Assembly (NCBI GenBank): GCA_045595105.1
Contig: JAZNZV010000165.1
Coordinates: 1 to 39,688, forward strand
Length of the DNA stretch: 39,688 nt
Direction: 5' to 3'
Source: Eubacteriales bacterium
GTDB taxonomy: Bacteria; Bacillota; Clostridia; Oscillospirales; SIG627
The notes under the pieces were generated by a model. It had not been told where the DNA came from, ran no database searches, and was given only the letters and a program-made list of their open reading frames with translations. The position numbers and the translations under genes were made by a program. Positions 15,144 to 21,692 of this stretch are shown piece by piece. The number at the start of each line of letters is the position of its first letter. The first letter of the stretch is position 1.

Positions 15144-15410
15144 TTATTCTCCTTTGCTTTCTGTATTATTTTTAGTGAGATAAACATCCGAGCCTCTTGT
15201 CGTGACGGCAAGGGAAAGTCGGCACGTTCTTATTCTCCTACGGAAGAATGTGCCTGCGTTATAACACTTCTGCTCGTTGGGATACGACAGCTTAAGGACG
15301 GGAAACTGCGCTGTTTCGAGGAACGTTTGAATAATTTTCAATTCCTCTGCATAAGCGTTGGAGTCGTTGTGCTTCTTCGGGATGGACTGTGTGAATTCGT
15401 AGCTAATCAT
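15144..15410 (-). CDS. Hypothetical protein (88 aa)
   Basis: RBS AAAGGAGAAC. Confidence 0.6.
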   Translation of the reverse strand: MISYEFTQSIPKKHNDSNAYAEELKIIQTFLETAQFPVLKLSYPNEQKCYNAGTFFRRRIRTCRLSLAVTTRGSDVYLTKNNTESKGE

Positions 15411-15425
15411 TTTTTGTTCTCCTTT

Positions 15426-15614
15426 TTAATCAATAATATATTTTCTTAATTTTGAAAGGCATTCGTCGCAGTACCATTTATCGTCAATGCATACTGCGCA
15501 CTCGTCTTGAATGGGCTCTTCGCAATGCTCACAGACGGGTCGGGTCTCAAGCCATTCTTCGTGGGCTTGGTCATGTCTCAAAAAATCCGCAACGGGGTCA
15601 TCTGTCCAACACAT
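15426..15614 (-). CDS. Zinc-ribbon mini-protein (62 aa; CEHC...CAVC...CDEC)
   Basis: ATG 15614 after AAAGGAGAAAG, 2 nt past the upstream stop. Confidence 0.6.
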   Translation of the reverse strand: MCWTDDPVADFLRHDQAHEEWLETRPVCEHCEEPIQDECAVCIDDKWYCDECLSKLRKYIID

Positions 15615-15615
15615 T

Positions 15616-15828
15616 TCATCTTTCTCCTTTGCATACATCAAGTAGTAGGTAGATTGCCGAGGGCATCAAGAACATCAATCCGATTGTTATGAGCCTACCG
15701 ACTATCTCAGGCTCACTCTGTCCAAGTTCAACAACGTAGAGATCGGACGTGCTTGATGCTATCAGCAGAAGCGTTATGCCCATGAACGCTGTGAGTTTAT
15801 GTACTTTTCTAAAGAATCGGTAAATCAT
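15616..15828 (-). CDS. Small membrane protein (2 TM)
   Basis: 70 aa with two hydrophobic spans. RBS AAGGAG. Confidence 0.6.
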   Translation of the reverse strand: MIYRFFRKVHKLTAFMGITLLLIASSTSDLYVVELGQSEPEIVGRLITIGLMFLMPSAIYLLLDVCKGER

Positions 15829-15949
15829 TTTCGTTCTCCTTCTTTAAGATTTCGTTTAGTACACGATAGAATTGCTCGCTCTTTATCGTCATTCCCTCGA
15901 TTGAGCTTTTTACTGCGCCATCTTGCATTATGTGAATGATGTTATACAT
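15809..15949 (-). CDS. Possible small ORF (46 aa)
   Basis: Hand-translated: MYNIIHIMQDGAVKSSIEGMTIKSEQFYRVLNEILKKENENDLPIL. Fills an otherwise non-coding gap and overlaps both neighbours. Confidence 0.3.
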   Translation of the reverse strand: MYNIIHIMQDGAVKSSIEGMTIKSEQFYRVLNEILKKENENDLPIL

Positions 15950-16472
15950 ATTTTTTAACTCCGATTTGATATTTGCACTTTAAGTGTTCCACGGTGCTTT
16001 TGTTGCTTTTTTCTAATAAGGTTTCAACCAAATCCAACAACGACAAATCATCGCACTTTTGACATTGTTCAAGAATTTTTCCGATGTAAAATTCCTTTGG
16101 TGTTAAATCTACACCTTGAATAAGCGGGGTCGGAATTCCGTCAGCATAAGGCGGTGTATTTTGAAAACAAGTTACACTTTTTTCGGTATCTTTGTAGTTG
16201 TACCCAATACCCCTTGTGGTGCTGTTTAACTTTTTCATCCACAAAAATTCTTTAACTCTCTCGGCTGGTGTTTCCATTTCGTCAAGAACGAAAAACGAAT
16301 AGTTTTCACCGTATTCATCAAAGTCTTTTTGCATATCTTCAACAGAATGTTTTCCGTTTCTTAACCTGATGATATGGTTCATATAGCGTTTATCAACTTC
16401 GCTACTACTACCGACATAAATTCTTTTTGTTTCGTTATGCTGAATTGCATATACTTTTCTCGGGTAGTTCAT
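15942..16472 (-). CDS. GIY-YIG homing-endonuclease-like protein
   Basis: KVYAIQHNETKRIYVGSSSEVDKRYMNHIIRLRNGKH. ATG 16472 after AGGAGAG (the track ORF extends into cro). Confidence 0.7.
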   Translation of the reverse strand: MNYPRKVYAIQHNETKRIYVGSSSEVDKRYMNHIIRLRNGKHSVEDMQKDFDEYGENYSFFVLDEMETPAERVKEFLWMKKLNSTTRGIGYNYKDTEKSVTCFQNTPPYADGIPTPLIQGVDLTPKEFYIGKILEQCQKCDDLSLLDLVETLLEKSNKSTVEHLKCKYQIGVKKYV

Positions 16473-16483
16473 TTTCTCTCCTT

Positions 16484-16502
16484 TCTGTGCTTTAAGCACA
16501 AT
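16484..16502. promoter_or_regulatory. Operator copy O_D: TCTGTGCTTTAAGCACAAT (7-1-7 palindrome TGTGCTT-T-AAGCACA)
   Basis: 19/19 identical to the site at 16736-16754. Lies between the cro stop and the GIY-YIG start. Confidence 0.55.
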
Positions 16503-16506
16503 CGAA

Positions 16507-16710
16507 TTACAAAAAAATAATATCGTCAACCGACATTTCGTAAATGGACGCAAGAGCCTTTGCGGTTACAATATCGGGCTGTGTAGTTTTATTTTCATAA
16601 CTCGCAAGGGTGTTTATGCTTATAGTTATGCCTTTTTCTTTAAGCCTTTCTTTTACCTCGGGTCTGCTTAATCCTGCATTTACTCGTGATGCTTTGAGTG
16701 TCATTCCCAT
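16507..16710 (-). CDS. Cro-like XRE-family HTH protein
   Basis: 67 aa. First gene of the leftward operon, divergent from the cI-like gene. LKASRVNAGLSRPEVKERL...INTLASYE. Confidence 0.75.
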   Translation of the reverse strand: MGMTLKASRVNAGLSRPEVKERLKEKGITISINTLASYENKTTQPDIVTAKALASIYEMSVDDIIFL

Positions 16711-16735
16711 TTTATCACCTCATTTCCGTTTTTTG

Positions 16736-16754
16736 TCTGTGCTTTAAGCACAAT
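16736..16754. promoter_or_regulatory. Operator O_R: TCTGTGCTTTAAGCACAAT
   Basis: Palindrome immediately downstream of the -10 of the leftward promoter. Confidence 0.6.
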
Positions 16755-16757
16755 AGT

Positions 16758-16786
16758 ATAATACACCCAAAAATGCAATTTGTCAA
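16758..16786 (-). promoter_or_regulatory. Early leftward promoter (TTGACA-17-TATTAT)
   Basis: Minus strand: TTGACA 16786-16781, TATTAT 16763-16758. Confidence 0.6.
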
Positions 16787-16803
16787 TAGGAAAATACAAA
16801 TTT

Positions 16804-16833
16804 CTGTGCTTTTCTATTGAAATTTTGTGCTTT
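16804..16833. promoter_or_regulatory. Two direct operator half-sites (CTGTGCTTT, TTGTGCTTT) flanking the -35 of the repressor promoter
   Basis: Half-sites at 16804-16812 and 16825-16833 share TGTGCTTT with the palindromic operators. Confidence 0.4.
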
Positions 16834-16844
16834 TGGTGTATAAT
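16817..16844 (+). promoter_or_regulatory. Repressor (maintenance) promoter TTGAAA-16-TATAAT
   Basis: TTGAAA 16817-16822, TATAAT 16839-16844. About 20 nt upstream of RBS AAGGAGGTGG. Confidence 0.55.
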
Positions 16845-16864
16845 AAGGAAAAGGAGGTGGTTTT

Positions 16865-17236
16865 GTGAGCAACAAAACAATATTTTCTACAAATTTAAAA
16901 AGATATATGGCTTTAAACGAAAAAAGTCGAAAAGACCTATCCGATGCTTTGGGAATTAGTTATTATACTGTAACTGATTGGGTAAACGGAAAAAAATATC
17001 CAAGAATGGATAAGGTTGAGAAATTGGCGAATTATTTCGGAATATTAAAATCCGATCTAATTGAAGAAAAGACGGAAGAACATCGAAATATGCAAAAAAA
17101 TAACGACATCATAACTGATGCCGTTGTAAAAATGCGTAATGACGAGCGTTTTCTCTCTATTGTGGAAAATTTACTTGCGTTAGATGCCGACAAATTGTCG
17201 ATAATCGAGCAAACCGCATTAGCTTTTAAGAAGTAA
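16865..17236 (+). CDS. cI-like XRE-family HTH repressor
   Basis: 123 aa, GTG start after AAGGAGGTGG. LKRYMALNEKSRKDLSDALGISYYTVTDWVNGKKYP. Divergent from the cro-like gene. Confidence 0.8.
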   Translation: MSNKTIFSTNLKRYMALNEKSRKDLSDALGISYYTVTDWVNGKKYPRMDKVEKLANYFGILKSDLIEEKTEEHRNMQKNNDIITDAVVKMRNDERFLSIVENLLALDADKLSIIEQTALAFKK

Positions 17237-17422
17237 TTTGTGGATTAAATCGAGTAGAGCAATATCGTTGCATTGTTCTAATAACTTAACAATTTCTGTT
17301 ATGTACTGTTCTTTCATAGAGGGAAAACATCCTTTCATGCGAGGTAGAACATTCGTTCTTAACAAGGATTATACAGAAAGCCCTTGTCGAAACATAGCGG
17401 AAATTGTTTACTTCACACTTTT

Positions 17423-17450
17423 TTCGAAATTTTATCAAGATTTGTACAAT
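17423..17450 (+). promoter_or_regulatory. Candidate internal promoter TTCGAA-16-TACAAT ahead of the membrane-protein and integrase genes
   Basis: Read directly from the sequence; TG lies adjacent to the -10. Confidence 0.3.
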
Positions 17451-17468
17451 AAGAATGAGGATTTAAAA

Positions 17469-17741
17469 ATGGAAAATGTATTTAACGTTGTAAGCAATAT
17501 GTTGTCTTTTATCTTTGACATAAGATTATTTGATGTTCCGCTTTACCTTTTTTATATCGGGATATCATGTATGATTGGTTACTGCATATCAATGTTTTTG
17601 ATTGGTTTCCCGTGTTCTATTTGGGAAGCAATTACCAAGAAAAAAGTCAACGAAGAAGGTCGAGAGAAAATCGTTTTCATACTTACTGTATGTTTAAGCA
17701 TTGCCTTTATATTAAGGGTTTTATACGAAAAAACAACATGA
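17469..17741 (+). CDS. Small membrane protein (candidate superinfection exclusion)
   Basis: ATG 17469 after GAGGA. 90 aa with 2-3 hydrophobic spans. Located between repressor and integrase. Alternative upstream starts at 17337 and 17238 lack an RBS. Confidence 0.55.
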   Translation: MENVFNVVSNMLSFIFDIRLFDVPLYLFYIGISCMIGYCISMFLIGFPCSIWEAITKKKVNEEGREKIVFILTVCLSIAFILRVLYEKTT

Positions 17742-17767
17742 ATTCAACACCAAAGGAGAAATGAAAA

Positions 17768-19180
17768 ATGAGAGTAGCACTATACCCACGTGTCAGCGGA
17801 CACGAACAAGAAGAGAATTATTCAATACCCGAACAGATTGACAGAATGAAAAAATATTGCGAGGCAAGAGATTGGCACGTTTACAAGGTTTATACCGATG
17901 CAGGATACACGGGGTCAAACATGGACAGACCAGCCTTGCAGACTATGATTAAAGATGTTGAAAAAGGCGTATTCGATATGGTGCTTGTTTATAAGCTCGA
18001 TCGGTTATCTCGTAGCCAAAAAGATGTATTGTATTTAGTTGAGGATGTATTTGACAAACACGGCATTTACTTTTCTTCTATGACAGAAAATTTTGATACA
18101 TCAACACCCTTTGGAAAAGCCATACTCGGTATTCTTGCAGTATTCGCACAGCTTGAGCGTGAACAAATCAAAGAGCGTACAATGATGGGAAAACAAGCGA
18201 GAGCAGAGGAAGGTAAATGGCATGGTTCTAAATGGTTACCCATCGGATATGATTATGACGGGGAAAACCTCGTCCAAAACGAATATGAGGTAATGCAGAT
18301 AAGAGAAATTGCGGACTTATTTTTAAAACGCACTCCCGTGAAAAAGATTGCGAAAATGGTTACCGAAAAAGGCTACCGACACAAGCATGGTGATGGTGAA
18401 TGGGATGCCAAGACCATAAGACGAGTTTTAGCAAACCAAACCAACATCGGCATGATAAAGCACCGAGACAAATACTATCAAGGAACACACAAGCCGATTT
18501 TCGACCAAAAGACATATGATGATATCATGGAGATAATGAACGAGCGAAGAGCGAAGTACGGCATAAGTTATAAACCGCACACCACGTTATTAGGTGGTAT
18601 GATTTACTGTAAAAATTGTGGTGCGAAATACGGAAAGCAACATAGCGGAAGCGGAATCCTTTATTACGCTTGCTATTCCCGAACAAAGAAAATGAAAGGC
18701 ATGATTAAAGACCCAAATTGCAGAAACAAGAATCACCGAATGGATAAGCTCGACAATGCTATTATTGCAGAAATCGGAAAATTGGCAATAGACAAAGACT
18801 ATATCGAACATCTCCGTCACAACAAGCCCGATAACAATGTAGCAGAAAAAGCAAAATCCATCACCCTTGAGATCGAAAAACTTAACGAACAAATCTCAAA
18901 AATGATGGATTTATACTCTATGGGGCATATGCCTCTTGAGATTATCAGCCAAAAGGTAACTGCAATCAACGAGACAAAAACGGCACTTGAAAAAGAATTG
19001 TCAGCGTTAAACGTGCCTGATACAGAGGACGATGTAATGCCGACAAAACAAATCCAAAGCCTTGCTACCTTGATGAACGATGAAGCCCTTACCCTTGAAG
19101 AAAAGAGAGCCATCGTACAATCACTTATTTATTATATCGAAATTGACGAAGAAAATGTATATATTCATTGGAAATTCTAA
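17768..19180 (+). CDS. int: Large serine recombinase (integrase)
   Basis: 470 aa. N-terminal resolvase domain ALYPRVSGHEQ...VYKLDRLSRS. Zinc ribbon CKNCGAKY...YYACYSR...CRN. C-terminal coiled coil. Confidence 0.9.
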   Translation: MRVALYPRVSGHEQEENYSIPEQIDRMKKYCEARDWHVYKVYTDAGYTGSNMDRPALQTMIKDVEKGVFDMVLVYKLDRLSRSQKDVLYLVEDVFDKHGIYFSSMTENFDTSTPFGKAILGILAVFAQLEREQIKERTMMGKQARAEEGKWHGSKWLPIGYDYDGENLVQNEYEVMQIREIADLFLKRTPVKKIAKMVTEKGYRHKHGDGEWDAKTIRRVLANQTNIGMIKHRDKYYQGTHKPIFDQKTYDDIMEIMNERRAKYGISYKPHTTLLGGMIYCKNCGAKYGKQHSGSGILYYACYSRTKKMKGMIKDPNCRNKNHRMDKLDNAIIAEIGKLAIDKDYIEHLRHNKPDNNVAEKAKSITLEIEKLNEQISKMMDLYSMGHMPLEIISQKVTAINETKTALEKELSALNVPDTEDDVMPTKQIQSLATLMNDEALTLEEKRAIVQSLIYYIEIDEENVYIHWKF

Positions 19181-19230
19181 ATATCACTAAATACTATCAA
19201 ATACCATCAAATATCATCAAACACCATAAG
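19181..19230. repeat. Five tandem 10-bp units (consensus ATAYCATCAA) directly after the int stop codon
   Basis: ATATCACTAA ATACTATCAA ATACCATCAA ATATCATCAA ACACCATAAG. Confidence 0.8.
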
Positions 19231-19263
19231 AGAGAAAGCCTTGATACATAAGGTTTTCTCTCT
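19229..19263 (+). terminator. Intrinsic terminator after int
   Basis: AGAGAGAAAGCCTT-gatacat-AAGGTTTTCTCTCT (14-bp stem, one G:U pair) in T-rich context. Confidence 0.65.
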
Positions 19264-19267
19264 TGTT

Positions 19268-19307
19268 CCATATACGGACACCTGACTTATCTAATGTCCC
19301 TATATGG
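19268..19307. other. Candidate attP core for the serine integrase
   Basis: Imperfect inverted repeat CCATATACGGACA-N14-TGTCCCTATATGG (12/13). Lies between the two terminators, 88 bp from int. Confidence 0.45.
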
Positions 19308-19330
19308 TGCATATTTTCTCTTGAATTATA

Positions 19331-19371
19331 GGCAAAAAGAAAAGCGGGGATAGAGTGTTGCCTCTATCCCC
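19331..19371 (-). terminator. Intrinsic terminator at the end of the late/lysis operon
   Basis: Minus strand: GGGGATAGAG-gcaaca-CTCTATCCCC followed by GCTTTTCTTTTTGCC. Confidence 0.8.
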
Positions 19372-19469
19372 TTGAATTTGCTCACAGTTTGCTCCGTGTT
19401 GCGTTTTTATGTGATACCCTTAACAAGTACCCACAAAAACAAACCCCTCTAAATATCGCAAAATATGCG

Positions 19470-20369
19470 TTATTTGAGCATACCATTCACTATATCTTGT
19501 ATCTCGCTGTAATCGTACCCAGCGTCCTCAAGCTTTTCTTTTCTCGCCTTGCCTTTTCCCCACTTGCCCTGAATGACTTCCTTTGCAATGGCAATGTTGC
19601 TTTTCTTCGTGAGCATGGCGTTGACTCGCTTCTGCACCTCTACAGCGTTATATCCTGCCTCGATAAGTAGCTTGATGCGCTCGTTGCCTACGCCCCACTC
19701 ACCTTTGATGACCTCTCTCGCAACCTCGTCAACCGACTTGAGCTTGGTAAAGCCGTTGAGTCCTGCCTTTTTGATGATGGACGGATAATCGACATAGACA
19801 TAGTCTTGGTCACACATGACTCCTGCGACCTTGTTTGTGCGGAGAGCGTTTGTCTCACCGCCAAACTGCCACATACCATAGTCACCCTTGTATGTGCAGT
19901 TCTTTGCCCATTGAGCAATCCACTTGTCATAGGATGCAAGCTTTTTCTCATGAGTATAGGTCTTGAGGAAATATGCCGTTGAGTAAATGCCGACATAATA
20001 TCCTGCGCTCTCCAAAGTCTCACAGAATGCGATGATGATATTTGTCAGCTTGTCCTTGCCGAGAGCCTTGAGCACCTTGTCCTCTACATCGAAGTAAATG
20101 GGATATTCAAAAGTCTTCCCCTTGAGCACGTTATTTATAAGGCAATTTGCTTCATTCTTTGCCTCTGCAACGCTTTCAGCCATAGAGTATAGGTAAACAC
20201 CCACGGGAAGGTTTCTCTCCTTGCAAGCCTTGTAAAACGTGTCAAAGCAAGTGTCCTTGTAAATCGTGTATGCTCCTCGGAGAATGACAAACTCGACTCC
20301 CTCGGCTTTTGCCTTGTCAAAATCGAATCCTCTCTGCCACTTGGAGACATCAATGCCGAATTTTCTCAC
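19470..20369 (-). CDS. Endolysin: GH25 muramidase with two C-terminal CW_7 repeats
   Basis: FGIDVSKWQRGFDFDKAKAEGVEFVILRG (GH25). Two copies of the E/K-V-I-x-G-x-WG-x-G-x-x-R motif. GTG start. Confidence 0.85.
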   Translation of the reverse strand: MRKFGIDVSKWQRGFDFDKAKAEGVEFVILRGAYTIYKDTCFDTFYKACKERNLPVGVYLYSMAESVAEAKNEANCLINNVLKGKTFEYPIYFDVEDKVLKALGKDKLTNIIIAFCETLESAGYYVGIYSTAYFLKTYTHEKKLASYDKWIAQWAKNCTYKGDYGMWQFGGETNALRTNKVAGVMCDQDYVYVDYPSIIKKAGLNGFTKLKSVDEVAREVIKGEWGVGNERIKLLIEAGYNAVEVQKRVNAMLTKKSNIAIAKEVIQGKWGKGKARKEKLEDAGYDYSEIQDIVNGMLK

Positions 20370-20371
20370 GA

Positions 20372-20593
20372 TTACTCGACCTCGCTTTCGTCATGATGAT
20401 TTTCGTTCTTGCTTGCATCGACAAGCCCCTCACCGATAATGTAGGCAATCAGCGTTGCTCCTGCCATGATGATTCCTGCGACCTGAGTGACAACATCCTC
20501 TGCCACACCAAACGCAAGGAGCGTAGGAGTAACAAACCCGATAAGGGCTACCCAAAACTTTCTGCTCGTTAGCTTCTGCTTCAACTCTTTCAT
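20372..20593 (-). CDS. Holin (2 TM, charged C-terminus)
   Basis: 73 aa. SRKFWVALIGFVTPTLLAFGV and VAGIIMAGATLIAYIIG. Immediately upstream of the endolysin. Confidence 0.75.
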   Translation of the reverse strand: MKELKQKLTSRKFWVALIGFVTPTLLAFGVAEDVVTQVAGIIMAGATLIAYIIGEGLVDASKNENHHDESEVE

Positions 20594-20608
20594 GCTATCC
20601 TTCCTTTC

Positions 20609-20890
20609 TTAAAGACCGATTTTTGCAACAAAATACCCCACAATAGCGGAGATAATGAGCGTTATTATCTGCTCCCACCGCTTTGCAGGGATACTTTTTA
20701 GGTTTTTCACATCGGTTTTTATCTCTTTCACATCGGTTTCTACCCGTTTCTCCCTCTCGTCAAGGCGAGAAACAGTATTTACTATCTTGTCAAGGTCGTT
20801 CTGCCGTTTCTCGACCTCGTCAATTCTGTGCGTGTTTGACTTTGACCGCTCCTCGACCTCAGTCAGCCGTCTTTCGTGCTCGAAGTCCAT
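20609..20890 (-). CDS. xhlA: XhlA-like lysis-associated membrane protein
   Basis: 93 aa. Coiled coil RLTEVEERSKSNTHRIDEVEKRQNDL plus a C-terminal TM helix. Confidence 0.6.
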   Translation of the reverse strand: MDFEHERRLTEVEERSKSNTHRIDEVEKRQNDLDKIVNTVSRLDEREKRVETDVKEIKTDVKNLKSIPAKRWEQIITLIISAIVGYFVAKIGL

Positions 20891-20894
20891 TCAA

Positions 20895-21674
20895 TCACCC
20901 CATTTTTCCGTCAATATAGTTTTTAAGGTCTGCCACGTATCTTATTTTTGCGGTACATTCTATAGCATCACTTACAGACACGTGTGTTGTAGGATAGAAG
21001 GTGCGTAAATTCTTGTACGCTTCAATAACGCCTTCGGGGAGATTGTTCTCAAGCGGGTCATCCACATACGGATATATGACTGTTGCGCCCTGAGTCAAGC
21101 TACCCGTTGAGGATATGTAGTAATCTCCGACATAGTTATCGTCCCAACTGTCGATAACGCCGATACGGCTAATGATAACGCCTCTCTCAAAGTCAATCTC
21201 GTCACATATCCATTGCTGTCCGTTGCCATCGGTAAAATTACCGCCACTCGGAACGGGCACACCCATCAGCCCGTAATGGGGAGATTCCATAGACAAAGTT
21301 CGTATATATCCCTCTTCACTCTCGAAGAATACGTGAATATATCCGAGGCTCGTGCCTACGCTGACTATCTCGGTGCCGTTCTGTATAGATTTTCCGTACA
21401 AGGTAAGTCCTTTTAACTTGCTCTCGCTTGAGTCGGTAAGGGTGATAAGCACCCCTACCGATTCGTTAATAAGACTCTGCGCTGACATCTGCTCGGATAA
21501 CTCCGCAAGGATCGCATTGGTATCAGCCATGTACTGCGATAGCATCTGCGCGAGATTTGCTATTTGCGTTTCCAACTTTGCGTCGTTTTGCGAGGCTATA
21601 GACATACCGCCGAGGTCATATCTGCGCTCAAGGTCAGCAGGTGTTCTTGCGCCCTGCCTATCTTGTTTGCTCAT
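20895..21674 (-). CDS. Virion protein, putative fibre or receptor-binding protein
   Basis: 259 aa. N-terminal RTPADLERRYDL motif and coiled coil, beta-rich C-terminus. Last structural gene before lysis. Confidence 0.45.
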   Translation of the reverse strand: MSKQDRQGARTPADLERRYDLGGMSIASQNDAKLETQIANLAQMLSQYMADTNAILAELSEQMSAQSLINESVGVLITLTDSSESKLKGLTLYGKSIQNGTEIVSVGTSLGYIHVFFESEEGYIRTLSMESPHYGLMGVPVPSGGNFTDGNGQQWICDEIDFERGVIISRIGVIDSWDDNYVGDYYISSTGSLTQGATVIYPYVDDPLENNLPEGVIEAYKNLRTFYPTTHVSVSDAIECTAKIRYVADLKNYIDGKMG

Positions 21675-21692
21675 AGTTCACACCGCCTTTCG

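Noticed and set aside
19181-19230. Possible CRISPR or minisatellite array
   Set aside because: The units are only 10 bp and contiguous with no spacers, and there are no cas genes. It is treated as a phased tandem repeat instead.
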